Positions 1-11,765 of a stretch of 36,525 bases of DNA are shown one piece after another. The notes below the pieces were generated by a model, which saw only the letters and a list, made by a program, of their open reading frames with translations, was not told the origin of the DNA and made no database searches. Location: positions 1 through 36,525 of the forward strand of contig NW_021826251.1 in assembly GCF_006345805.1 (NCBI RefSeq), read 5' to 3'. Positions within the stretch are counted from its first letter, which is position 1. Every line of letters begins with the position of its first letter. Source of the DNA: Octopus sinensis. Its lineage: Eukaryota. The position numbers and the translations under genes were made by a program.

Positions 1-144
1 CAAAACAATATTAACAACTTTTAAACGCAAAAAAAAGGCAAAATTACTCGGAGTCGATGTGACTAAGGTCCATATAGATAAACAGACAGAGAGACAGACA
101 GACAGATAGATAGATAATCAGTAAAACCTATATCATTAGGACAA

Positions 145-927
145 GGAAGCACTCCGTCGGTTACGACGACAAGGGTTCCGGTTGATCCGATCAACGGAAC
201 AGCCTGCTCGTGAAGTTAACGTGTAAGTGGCTGAGCACTCCACAGACACGTGTACCCTTAACGTAGTTCTCGGGGATATTCAGCGTGACACAGAGAGTGA
301 CAAGGCCGGCCCTTGGAATACAGGTACAACAGAAACAGTAAGTATGAGTGAGAGAAAGTTGTGGTGAAAGAGTACAGCAGGGATCACCACCATCCCCTGC
401 CGGAGCCTCGTGGAGCTTTAGGTGTTTTCGCTCAATAAACACTCACAACGCCCGGTCTGGGAATCGAAATCGTGATCCTACGACCGCGAGTCCGCTGCCC
501 TAACCACTGGGCCATTGCGCCTCCACATATATATATAGGCTGGCCCCTAGAAATACAGGTACAACAGAAACAGGAAGTAAGAGTGAGAGAAAGTTGTGGT
601 GAAAGAGTACAGCAGGGATCACCACCATCCCCTGCCGGAGCCTCATGGAGCTTTAGGTGTTTTCACTCAATAAACACTTACAACGTCCGGTCTGGGAATC
701 GAAACCGCGATCCTACGACCGCGAGTCCGCTGCCCTAACCACTGGGCCATTGCGCCTCCACTGGTGAAAGAGTACAGCAGGGATCACCACCATCCCCTGC
801 CGGAGCCTCGTGGAGCTTTTAGGTGTTTTCGCTCAATAAACACTCACAACGCCCTGTCTGGGAATCGAAACCGCGATCCTACGACCGCGAGTCCGCTGCC
901 CTAACCACTGGGCCATTGCGCCTCCAC
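145..927 (-). mobile_element. tRNA-derived SINE, three head-to-tail copies (145-527, ~538-761, ~762-927)
   Basis: Minus-strand head GTGGAGGCGCAATGGCCCAGTGGTTAGGGCAGCGG...GGTTTCGATTCC carries Pol III A/B boxes. The trimer is flanked by the direct repeat cattaggacaa (134-144, 928-938). Same family as 35840-36223. Confidence 0.85.
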
Positions 928-998
928 CATTAGGACAATGCTTTACAATAAAAAAAAAACAAAAGACAAAAAATAAGAAATCACAAAATATACCATTC

Positions 999-1198
999 TT
1001 ATGTCTCCGACGGCTTCTGGTGTACTAAATTATACGTGTTCTTGGTTTCATCCTCATGAGTTTCTTTCTTGCTCCGACGTTTCCATATGAATATGACCCC
1101 GAGAATGATGATGCCAAATCCAGCTACACACAGGATGGCTATGGCATAGCCGGGTATGCCGGTTCCTGATCCATTACCTCCCCCACCTGTTGTTTCAG
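999..1198 (-). CDS. Coding exon 8 (Gly-rich stalk, transmembrane helix, cytoplasmic tail, stop)
   Basis: ctttgcag|CT GAA ACA...; ETTGGGGNGSGTGIPGYAIAILCVAGFGIIILGVIFIW-KRRSKK-ETHEDETKNTYNLVHQKPSET*; hydrophobic run followed by a basic stop-transfer cluster; phase-1 acceptor matches exon 7. Confidence 0.85.
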
Positions 1199-1383
1199 CT
1201 GCAAAGCATACACCATTTGTTTTTAATAAAAGATAGTAATATCTGCCAGGCTTATTCCTTTTGATACTATCATGTTCAAAACTGCCTTCGTTTCTATTGT
1301 ACAAATTCGTTGCTTTAAGGAGATCTAAAGTAAAAACTTCCATCAAAGTTTCAAGTAAATTTGTGTTCCAAACAATACCTTAA

Positions 1384-1603
1384 CCCTTTCATTACTGTAT
1401 TTATTTTGAGATGTTCTGTGTTTCTTTCAATTAATTTTAAATATAACAAAGAATTTTGTAAAATAACTTAGTTATCATTAAGCTAGTGTTAGGAACATAA
1501 ATTGTGACTAGGTTTGGTGGAAGATTTTAATTCAACACTTATGAAAACAAGGCATTTGTACTACAGAGCCAGACCGGTTTCAGCCAGGTTAGTATCAAAA
1601 GGG
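1384..1603. mobile_element. piggyBac-like MITE
   Basis: TTAA|CCCTTT...AAAGGG|TTAA ends (1380-1389, 1598-1607); a second AAAAGGGTTAA end at ~1694-1704; no ORF. Confidence 0.7.
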
Positions 1604-1749
1604 TTAAGAATGACAAAGTTATTTTACTAAATTATTTATTTTTTCAAAATTATTTAAACAAAGACAGTGTATTTAAACAGGAACATGGTAAGAAAAAGGG
1701 TTAACACACACCAGTATCCTAGACTATTATATCTAAATGATTAAATGTT

Positions 1750-4434
1750 CCTCTCAACACATGACTATGATGCTCCCCCACTACTTCTGCTCATGATCAG
1801 AGATGCACATATCGTCAGCCACTAAGGGTCATGCTCAACTGGTTATGGTCAAACAACTGACAAGCAAATCTGTGGTATTGAGCAGAATATTTGCTGTAAA
1901 ACATATCTTTTATACCAAGACAAAACAATGTACATGATAACACTTCCAATCAGTTAAGATCAGAAGCCATGAGAGCCACTGCCTGGTACTGCATCAGGGT
2001 ATTCAAACCCCAAAGAATCCCTCTCAACATATGACTATGATGCTCCCCCACTACTTCTGCTCATGATCAGAGATGCACATATCGTCAGCCACTAAGGGAC
2101 ATGCTCAACTGGTTTAAGGTCAAGCAACTGACAAGCAAATCTGTGGTATTGAGCAGAATATTTGCTGTAAAACCCATCTTTTATACCAAGACAAACAATG
2201 TACATGATAACACTTCAATCAGTTAGATCAGAAGCCATGAGAGCCACTGCCTGGTACTGCATCAGGGTATTCAAACCCCAAAGAATCCCTCTCAACATAT
2301 GACTATGATGCTCCCCCACTACTTCTGCTCATGATCACAGATGCCACATATCGTCAGCCACTAGGGACATGCTCAACTGGTTTAAGGTCAAGCAACTGAC
2401 AGCAAATCTGTGGTATTGAGCAGAATATTTGCTGTAAAACCCATCTTTTATACCAAGACAAACAATGTACATGATAACACTTCAATCAGTTCAGTTAAGA
2501 TCAGAAGCCATGAGAGCCACTGCCTGGTACTGCATCAGGGCATTCAAACCCCAAAGAATCCTTCTCAACATATGGCTATGATGCTCCCCCACAACTTCTG
2601 CTCATGATCAGAGATGCACATATCGTCAGCCACTAAGGGACATGCTCACTGGTTTAAGGTCAAGCAACTGACAAGCAAATCTGTGGTATTGAGCAGAATA
2701 TTTGCTGTAAAACCCATCTTTTATACCAAGACAAAAAATGTACATGATAACACTTCCAATCAGTTAAGATCAGAAGCCATGAGAGCCACGCTGGTACTGC
2801 ATCAGGGCATTCAAACCCCAAAGAATCCTTCTCAACATATGGCTATGATGCTCCCCCACTACTTCTGCTCTGATCAGAGATGCACATATCGTCCGCCACT
2901 AAGGGACATGCTCAACTGGTTTAAGGTCAAGCAACACTGACAAGCAAATCTGTGGTATTGAGCAGAATATTTGCTGTAAACCCTCTTTTATACCAAGACA
3001 AAACAATATTACATGATAACACTTCCAATCAGTTAAGATCAGAAGCCATGAGAGCCACTGCCTGGTACTGCATCAGGGTATTCAAACCCCAAAGAATCCC
3101 TCTCAACATATGACTATGATGCTCCCCCACTACTTCTGCTCATGATCAGAGATGCACATATCGTCAGCCACCAAGGGACATGCTCAACTGGTTATGGTCA
3201 AACAACTGACAAGCAAATCTGTGGTATTGAGCAGAATATTTGCTGTAAAACATATCTTTTATACCAAGACAAAACAATGTACATGATAACACTTCCAATC
3301 AGTTAAGATCAGAAGCCATGAGAGCCACTGCCTGGTACTGCATCAGGGTATTCAAACCCCAAAGAATCCCTCTCAACATATGACTATGATGCTCCCCCAC
3401 TACTTCTGCTCATGATCAGAGATGCACATATCGTCAGCCACTAAGGGACATGCTCAACTGGTTTAAGGTCAAGCAACTGACAAGCAAATCTGTGGTATTG
3501 AGCAGAATATTTGCTGTAAAACCCATCTTTTATACCAAGACAAAACAATGTACATGATAACACTTCCAATCAGTTAAGATCAGAAGCCATGAGAGCCACT
3601 GCCTGGTACTGCATCAGGGTATTCAAACCCCAAAGAATCCCTCTCAACATATGACTATGATGCTCCCCCACTACTTCTGCTCATGATCACAGATGCACAT
3701 ATCGTCAGCCACTAAGGGACATGCTCAACTGGTTTAAGGTCAAGCAACTGACAAGCAAATCTGTGGTATTGAGCAGAATATTTGCTGTAAAACCCATCTT
3801 TTATACCAAGACAAAACAATGTACATGATAACACTTCCAATCAGTTAAGATCAGAAGCCATGAGAGCCACTGCCTGGTACTGCATCAGGGCATTCAAACC
3901 CCAAAGAATCCTTCTCAACATATGGCTATGATGCTCCCCCACAACTTCTGCTCATGATCAGAGATGCACATATCGTCAGCCACTAAGGGACATGCTCAAC
4001 TGGTTTAAGGTCAAGCAACTGACAAGCAAATCTGTGGTATTGAGCAGAATATTTGCTGTAAAACCCATCTTTTATACCAAGACAAAACAATGTACATGAT
4101 AACACTTCCAATCAGTTAAGATCAGAAGCCATGAGAGCCACTGCCTGGTACTGCATCAGGGTATTCAAACCCCAAAGAATCCCTCTCAACATATGACTAT
4201 GATGCTCCCCCACTACTTCTGCTCATGATCAGAGATGCACATATCGTCAGCCACCAAGGGACATGCTCAACTGGTTTAAGGTCAAGCAACTGACAAGCAA
4301 ATCTGTGGTATTGAGCAGAATATTTGCTGTAAAACCCATCTTTTATACCAAGACAAAACAATGTACATGATAACACTTCCAATCAGTTAAGATCAGAAGC
4401 AATGAGAGCCACTGCCTGGTACTGCATCAGGGCA
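1750..4434. repeat. Tandem array, ~270-bp unit x10 (intron 7)
   Basis: Unit cctctcaacatatgactatgatgctcccccac...gcatcagggtattcaaaccccaaagaatc recurs at ~1750, 2020, 2288, 2560, 2827, 3099, 3369, 3639, 3910 and 4180 with near identity. Confidence 0.95.
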
Positions 4435-4442
4435 TCATCATT

Positions 4443-4665
4443 GAGGTTGTGAGCTGACAGAATTGTTGCTGCACCAGAAAAAATGCTCAGTGGAATTTCT
4501 CCTGACTCTTTAATTCCTGAGTTCAAATACTGCAACGGTCAGCTCTTTGCCTTTCATCCCTTTGGGGTTGATGAAATAAAGGACCCGCTAAATATATCCA
4601 AATTAATGTAATCGAGGAACCTCTTCCAAATGAAATTGCTGACCTTGTGCCAAAGTTAGAAAGAA
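4443..4665 (+). mobile_element. Old degenerate SINE-like element
   Basis: Degenerate A box (gagctgacagaattg), B-box-like gagttcaaatac, central ttgcctttcatccctttggggttgatgaaataa motif, followed by an (ATT)n tail. Confidence 0.5.
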
Positions 4666-4667
4666 CT

Positions 4668-4689
4668 ATTATTATTATTATTATTATTA

Positions 4690-4731
<42 letters not shown>

Positions 4732-4753
4732 TATTATTATTATTATTATTATT
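4668..4753. repeat. (ATT)n microsatellite
   Basis: Direct reading. Confidence 0.95.
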
Positions 4754-4773
4754 AGCAAAAGTAATTCACTTAC

Positions 4774-5022
4774 CTTTTATCTTTAAGGAATAATTTCCAG
4801 AGCAGAGATAGAAGTCACAAAAATACCAAGTCAAATCTTGTTTGGTGACATTTCGGATCAAAAGCTTCGATGAGTTACCATTTTGTGTAACTTCATGGTT
4901 ACTACGATTATAACAAGTCATATCACATTCATATCTTCCATAGTCATTTTTCCAGCCAACTATTCTTTTCATCCCGGCTACTTCAATATGAAGTGTGACA
5001 CTGCCCCCTAATGCAACTGGTC
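4774..5022 (-). CDS. Coding exon 7 (Ig-like domain 3, 249 nt)
   Basis: tatttcag|GA CCA GTT...ATA AAA G|gtaagt; PVALGGSVTLHIEVAGMKRIVGWKNDYGRYECDMTCYNRSNHEVTQNGNSSKLLIRNVTKQDLTWYFCDFYLCSGNYSLKIK. Confidence 0.9.
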
Positions 5023-5329
5023 CTGAAATAAAAAGACAAATCAATATTATTGATTGGTTTTCCATATGAAAGATTTCATCATCATTGCCATTTTAACACC
5101 TACTTTTCCTTGCTTGGGAGCAGAGTTTTCTTTGTGCATAACTGGACACTCTTCTGGTCCTAATATCCCAATCTATTGAGCAACAAAGAACCTGGATATG
5201 TTTTACCTAGTGGACTGGAAAGAAATCACACCATATAAACGAGCCTTTTGTTTACGAAGGTTGTGCAGAGTAGGATACAACAAAGTCACCATAGATGTAA
5301 TCATGTTGTACAGAAAAGTGTCACATTAA

Positions 5330-6370
5330 CAACTGATGTAGCAGCATTGTAGTCAGATTTATAAGCGTAAAGGAGATACTTTCAAATTGGTGGACCAGGT
5401 CAAGAAAGTTAGAGAGAGAGTTAAAGCCTAATTAATTAAAGACAGAATTAGACTAGATGAGATGCAGTTTGGTTTTCTGCCAGGAAGAAGGACTATTGAT
5501 GTCATCTTCTTAGTAAAACAACTGCAAGAGATGTATTTAGCCAAAAGTAAATCATTGCATTTGGTATTCGTTGACCTGGAGAAAGCTTTTGACATGATTT
5601 GGTGGTTTCTGAGGAAGCTTGGAGATTGGGCAACAAAAGTTCTCTCAGAGTGAAAGGCTCGTTGTATGATGCTTGTATATTTTTCTTTTTTTGTTTGATC
5701 CTTCTCGAGCCATGCCTGGCTCATAAGGGCCAGTTTCCCAGTTTCCTTGGTGTGTAGGTTCCCCACCTGGACGGGACGCCGGTCCGTCGCAGGTGAGCTG
5801 CAAGATGCAGGAAGAAAGAGTGAAAGAAAGTTGTGGCGAAAGAGTCAGCAGAAGTTCGCCATTACCTTCTGCCGGAGCTGCGTGGAGTTTAGGTGTTTCA
5901 CTCATAAACACACACATCGCCCGGTCCGAGATTCGAACCCATGATCCCTCGACTGCAAGTCCGCTGCTCTAACCACTAGGCCATGTGCCTCCACAATGCT
6001 TGTATATAAACAGCAATGCTACATTATAGTGAGAGATGGGCCCTAAGTGCAAAGAACATGCAAAGACTAGAGAGGAATAAAGCTAGTATGCTCCATTGGA
6101 ATTGCCATGTCAGTGTACATACAAAACAATGTATTAAGGCATCAAAAGAAAAGTTAGGCAAAAGAGGAAACAGAGGTAGTGTACAGAAAAGGGGACAGCA
6201 CTGGTTTGGGGGTCATGCGATGTGTATGGATAGGGTCAGCTGCTTAAGGAAGTGCTTCAAGTGAATGGGACTTGTTGATGAGGGAAACCCAGGAAGACAT
6301 GGGACAAAGTAGTGAAGGCTGATCTCAAGATGCTGAGCCGGTTGGAGATGACAAAAAACTGGGATGATTG
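5330..6370 (+). mobile_element. Degenerate RTE-clade LINE reverse-transcriptase fragments
   Basis: QFGFLPGRRTIDVIFLVKQLQEMYLAKSKSLHLVFVDLEKAFD (RT motifs QFGF and FVDLEKAFD), then C-terminal MLHYSERWAL...HWFGGH and GKPRKTWDKVV; interrupted by stops and a SINE. Confidence 0.85.
5681..5995 (-). mobile_element. tRNA-derived SINE nested in the RTE fragment
   Basis: Head GTGGAGGCACATGGCCTAGTGGTTAGAGCAGCGG...GGGTTCGAATCTC; A-rich tail; 12-bp TSD atgcttgtatat (5669-5680, 5996-6007). A 5'-truncated plus-strand relative lies at ~24765-24948. Confidence 0.85.
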
Positions 6371-6852
6371 ACAAAACACAATGATTCAGACATCATCTTT
6401 TGCTGTCAATCACAGCAAAAAATGATGTCCTAAATGCATTCTGTTTATGCTCGTAAACCATTCTTCTGCCTCCTCAAGCATTCCCCACATCTCTTTCCCT
6501 TTAACACCCAGTTCTCCATCACTCATCTGTCTCTGGCATTAATCAAGGGCTGCATTCATTTGGAAGCAGAATCGTCACATATTACTCCACACCATTTTCT
6601 TTCCATTGCCATTTATTTCCCTCCCACCCTGCCAGAACAACTCCATCCCTTATTTCCAATATCCCTTCTTCCTTTCCCACACTAACTTCACTGGTCACAC
6701 TCATTCTGCACTTTCAGTTATCTCCCCTTCTCTTCAACCCTTGGAATTGACGAAGTCCTGCAGCCTGTCGGAACCTTTATAACTGTCCAACTCATGCCAG
6801 CATCGAAGGAGGCCATTAAATGGTGATGGTAATTTTTTGTGATCTCCAAAGG

Positions 6853-8447
6853 AAACATTATAAGCGGAAAGTGTAACCTCTCGAAAGAGCTGTTCTTCAC
6901 TCCTGCTCCAGAGCGTAGGCTGCGGGGTCACTCTGAAAAGCTCTATCTGCGACGATTTCATCTCAATCGAAGGAGAGGGGCTTTCTCCGTCTGGGTTGCG
7001 GATCCGTGGAATAAGCTGCCGGACGAGATAGTGAAGATGCCGACAACCGCTCGGTTCAAGGTCTCTCTTGACCAGAAATGGCCTGAACTCTTTGCATGAA
7101 CACCACCCTGTACATAATTCCATGTCCCCCTACATGGCCTTGCTTTTGCTTTTTGAGCCAATAAAAATTGAATTGAATTGAATTGAATATATATATATAT
7201 ATAAAGCTCTATCTACGACGATTTCATCTCAATCGAAAGAGAGGGGCTTTGTCCATCCAGGTTGTGGATCCGTGGAATAAGCTGCCGGATGAGATAGTGA
7301 AGATGCCGACAACCGCTCGGTTCAAGGTCTCTCATTACCAGAAATGGCCTGAACTCTTTGCATGAACACCACCCTGTACATAATTCCATGTCCCCCTACA
7401 TGGCCTTGCTTTTTGCTTTTTGAGCCAAATAATTAACTCAACTTAACTTAACTAACCTGTACAGCTAAGCGCTTTATAAATGCAAGACTGATGGTAAATG
7501 ACCATAACAAATGACCTTCTAAATATAAATATAGGCATAGGGGTGGCTGTGTGGTAAGACGCTCGACCTTTATTCTCTATAGAGGGGCTTTCTCCGTCCG
7601 GGTTGCGGTACCGTGGAATAGGCTGCCGGACAAGATAGTGAAGATGCCGATGACCGCTCGGTTCAAAGTCTCTCTTGACCAGAAATGGCCTGAACTCTTT
7701 GCATGAACACCCTCCCTGTACATAACTCCATGTCCCTCTACATGGCCTTGCTTTTGCTTTTTGAGCCAATAAAAATTGAATTGAATTGAATTGAATATAT
7801 ATATATATTATATATATATATATTATATATATATATATATATATAATATATATATATATAAAGCTCTATCTATGACGATTTCATCTCAATCGAAAGAGAG
7901 GGGCTTTTTCCGTCTGGGTTGCGGATCCGTGGAATAAGCTGCCGGACGAGATAGTGAAGATGCCAACAACCGCTCGGTTCAAGGTCTCTCATGACCAGAA
8001 ATGGCCTGAACTCTTTGCATGAACACCCTCCCTGTACATAACTCCATGTCCCCCTACATGGCCTTGCTTTTTGCTTTTTGAGCCAAATAATTAACTTAAC
8101 TTAACTTAACTAACCTGTACAGCTAAGCGCTTTATAAATGCAAGACTGATGGTAAATGACCATAACAAATGACCTAAATATAAATATAGGCATAGGGGTG
8201 GCTGTGTGGTAAGATGCTCGACCTTTATTCTCTATAGAGGGGCTTTTTCCGTCCGGGTTGCGGATCCGTGGAATAAGCTGCCGGACGAGATAGTGAAGAT
8301 GCCGACGACCGCTCGGTTCAAAGTCTCTCTTGACCAGAAATGGCCTGAACTCTTTGCATGAACACCTTCCCTGTACATAACTCCATGTCCCCCTACATGG
8401 CCTTGCTTTTGCTTTTTGAGCCAATAAAAATTGAATTGAATTGAATT
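6853..8447 (+). mobile_element. Cluster of CR1/L2-type LINE 3' ends, tandemly duplicated (~658-bp period)
   Basis: RRLRGHSEKLYLRRFHLNRRRGAFSVWVADPWNKLP...QKWPELFA*, with 3'UTR ending in (AATTG)n or (TTAAC)n; five copies here, a sixth at 10491-10747. Confidence 0.85.
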
Positions 8448-8628
8448 CATCATCATCATCGAATATATATATATATATAATATATATATATATAAGAAAA
8501 TAGTAAAGTGTGAAAAAACGACAGAAGGCTTAAATGTTATAAAATATATATATTTGTGTCAAAATGTCTGGAGAATATTGGAAAAATTTTTTTCGTTTCC
8601 TTAAAATGACATAATTTTAAAATTTTTA

Positions 8629-8668
8629 AAGAAATTACCGGTTTCGCGTGTAGCTTTTCAAATTTCTT
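8629..8668 (-). ncRNA. Minimal type I hammerhead ribozyme motif (U3-A8 variant)
   Basis: aagaaat UUGAAAA gc-uacac-gc GAAA CCGG UA auuucuu: 7-bp stem I, short stem II, palindromic ACCGGU stem III. Confidence 0.7.
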
Positions 8669-10229
8669 GTGACGTTATGTTTATATTGTATGGAATTATC
8701 GTTGTTTTTATTTCCAGGAGATTTCTAAATAAGGGGAGGTAGTGAGTGATTTTTTCCGGTGTAGGGGAGATACTCGCTTAAAAAATTTTTTTTCCATTTC
8801 CTTGTTAATTTCTCTGTGTCAGTATGTTCGGATGGTTGAGTCTGGGTTTGTACTTTTCAATGAAGAATGTTTCCTTGTTCAGTCTCATTTGTGTTGATGA
8901 TCCGAAAGTACATTGGTAAAATGGGAAGATTAAAAATTGTGGCAGTAGTTGCTTTGCGCATTTCTCAATGTGCTCACTAAAAGGTATCATTCTATATTCT
9001 GGGAATGCAATCTGTTGTCGATGCAGTGTGCATCTGCGCCTGAGTGATAGTCCCGTGGAACCTCAGTAGTTTTGGTTCATGGGGTAGTAGTGATTTGTGT
9101 GTGGTGTATTTCTTATCCTAGTGTCGTATTGTGCTGTATGGTGGTTGGGTCTGGTATTATGATGTTGTTGGTTTGTTCTGTTTTTGGTGTAATTTCTTTC
9201 ATAGACGCGTCCTCTTTCAGCTAGTTCCCTGTTAGGTCTAGCGTGGTTTGTAGAGGTTGGTTGTGGGTGATTTCTGTTTTTAGTGTATGGAGGATAGTTG
9301 GGGGTTGTTCGTGGGTTGTTAGGTTTTTCTTTTTTATTTATTGTAATTTTCTTAAGGAAGGGATTATTTGTACCCAATTCATTTTTGAAGGTTTCACTAT
9401 ATTTTTGGAAGAAGTCCATGTTTTTCTCCCAGCGTAGGAGAGAATTTCTCTCTTCTCTCTCACAGGAATCCTTCCAGTGATCCAATGTATTATCGAGGGG
9501 TTGTCCCTCGGTATATTTTTTTGATTGTGCATCTCCTCGTCTATGCTTTTAAGTTTTTCTTCATTTGTGGAGGCCCTGAGTCTTAGAAGCTCTATTTCTG
9601 ATTTAAAATTGAACAGAGCTGACTTTTCTCTAATAGATCTCTGTCCGTCAGGCTCGTTAGGAATTAATTTTATCTGGAATTTGCGTGGGAGGATAATTGG
9701 TGTTGAGTTTATCCATCCCTCGTAGATATCTGCTTTGTTGGAATTTTTTATCATGTTCCAGAAGGTGAGTTTTCTGTTGTGCAGGTTTGTATTCCAAACG
9801 TTTCCTATTTTTCTTTTTGTTGGGTTGGTTTGGGTGCGTATGGTATCCTGCTGTGTATCCTGCAGATGCACACTGCATCGACAACAGATTGCATTCCCAG
9901 AATATAGAATGATACCTTTTAGTGAGCACATTGAGAAATGCGCAAAGCAACTACTGCCACAATTTTTAATCTTCCCATTTTACCAATGTGCTTTCGGATC
10001 ATCAACACAAATGAGACTGAACAAGGAAACATTCTTCATTGAAAAGTACAAACCCAGACTCAACCATCCGAACATACTGACACAGAGAAATTAACAAGGA
10101 AATGGAAAAAAAATTTTTTAAGCGAGTATCTCCCCTACACCGGAAAAAATCACTCACTACCTCCCTTATTTAGAAATCTCCTGGAAATAAAAACAACGAT
10201 AATTCCATACAATATAAACATAACGTCAC

Positions 10230-10269
10230 AAGAAAATTGAAAAGCTACACGCGAAACCGGTAATTTCTT
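10230..10269 (+). ncRNA. Minimal type I hammerhead ribozyme motif (second Penelope arm)
   Basis: aagaaaa TTGAAAA gctacacgc GAAA CCGG TA atttctt; one stem I mismatch relative to the other arm. Confidence 0.6.
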
Positions 10270-10490
10270 TAAAAATTTTAAAATTATCATTTAAGGAAAG
10301 GAAAAAAATTTTTCCAATATTCTCCAGACATTTTGACACAAATATATATATTTTATAACATTTAAGCCTTCTGTCGTTTTTTCACACTTTACTATTTTCT
10401 TATATATTCACCCACGTGCTTTACCAAACAAACTTTCGTATCTATATATATATATATATATATATAATTATATATATATATATATATATA

Positions 10491-10747
10491 AAGCTCTATC
10501 TATGACGATTTCATCTCAATCGAAAGAGAGGGGCTTTTTCCGTCCGGGTTGCGGATCCGTGGAATAAGCTGCCGGACGAGATAGTGAAGATGCCGACGAC
10601 TGCTCGGTTCAAGGTCTCCCTTGACCAGAAATGGCCTGAACTCTTTGCATGAACACCTTCCCTGTACATAACTCCATGTCCCCCTACATGGCCTTGCTTT
10701 TTGCTTTTTGAGCCAAATAATTAACTTAACTTAACTTAACTTAACTT
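10491..10747 (+). mobile_element. CR1/L2-type LINE 3' end
   Basis: Near identical to 7861-8112; (TTAAC)n tail. Confidence 0.85.
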
Positions 10748-10874
10748 GAGCTGATCAGAGAAAGGTTTTAAAAAGTGGTTAAAAACTATGATTTATGAGA
10801 AAGAAATAGAAGGCAGAATTGAAAAGATAGGGTCTAGTATAAAAGAGGAAAAAAAGGTCTGTCAGTCTATTTAC

Positions 10875-10913
10875 CACTTTGAGTAATTTTGTAAATTTCT
10901 GTTCTTGTTGAAC
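10875..10913 (-). CDS. Coding exon 6 (39-nt mini-exon of domain 3)
   Basis: tttttcag|GT TCA ACA AGA ACA GAA ATT TAC AAA ATT ACT CAA AGT G|gtaaat = STRTEIYKITQS; phase 1-1. Confidence 0.85.
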
Positions 10914-10989
10914 CTGAAAAAGAAGAAAACAAAAATTTTTCATTTTCGGATTTTACATTTGATCGTCAAGATTGATTGCAGTTTATGCT

Positions 10990-11270
10990 AAATCGGAATC
11001 GAAATTGAACCAAATCCTATGACTGGCACCAGCCGTTGCCAGTGCCGCTGGACTGACCCCTGTGCAGGTGGCAAGTAAAGAAACACCGTTTCGGCCCCGT
11101 GCTTGAGGAGACCTATTGAGTCAAGTACATCAACATCAAAAATCAATGGAAATTGTAGTTGTGATCCCTGTGCCGGTGGCGCGTAAAAAGCACAAATTCG
11201 ATCATGGCCGTTGCCAGCCTCGCCTGGCACCTGTGCCAGTAGTACATAAAAAGCACCCACTACACTCATG
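10990..11270 (+). mobile_element. RTE-type LINE 3'UTR fragment
   Basis: Reverse complement of the gtgccaccggcacagg / gacgaggctggcaacggcc ~60-bp repeat family seen at 13330-13735 and 20075-20900. Confidence 0.65.
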
Positions 11271-11358
11271 GACAAAACCCTTTGTAACTTTTGTCCTGTG
11301 TTTTGTCCCTTTATGTTTTAATTAATTTTTATCAGCCCTTGTGGCCAATAAAAGAATT

Positions 11359-11748
11359 AATTATTATTATTATCATTATCATTAATAATTATGAATTATT
11401 ATTATTATCATTAATTATGATGAATTATTATTATTGTTATTATTATTATTATTAATTATTATCATTAATTATTATGAATTATTATTATTATTATTATCAT
11501 TAATTATCATTATTATTATTATCATTAATTATTATGAATTATTATTATTATTATTATTAAATTATTATGAATTATTATTATTATTATTATGAATTATTAT
11601 TATTATTATTAATATTATTACTTATTATGAATTATTATTATTATTATCATTAATTATTATGAATTATTATTTTTTTTTTTTACCGCCGCCGCCACCACCA
11701 CCACCGCCTCCATCATCATCATCATCATCATCATTATCATTATTATAA
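11359..11748. repeat. Degenerate (ATT)n tract plus compound (CCG)(CCA)(TCA)(TTA) microsatellite
   Basis: Direct reading. Confidence 0.9.
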
Positions 11749-11765
11749 TAAATCATTTCCCTTAC

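Larger units (their letters stand above)
8489..10440. mobile_element. Penelope-like element remnant with inverted ~545-bp arms
   Basis: 8489-9037 is the reverse complement of 9862-10407. The arms encode the C-terminal half of a GIY-YIG endonuclease: GSTGLSLRRRCTLHRQQIAFPEYRMIPFSEHIEKC...FLIFPFYQC...RLNKETFFIEKYKPRLN. 9063-9860 is a frameshifted ORF on the minus strand. Inserted in (TA)n. Confidence 0.8.

Noticed and set aside
850-927. tRNA genes at SINE heads
   Set aside because: A/B boxes are present, but there is no proper cloverleaf and the sequence continues into SINE bodies with TSDs.
1199-1346. N-terminal part of ORF 999..1346
   Set aside because: Upstream of a good phase-1 acceptor at 1199-1200; interpreted as intron read-through.
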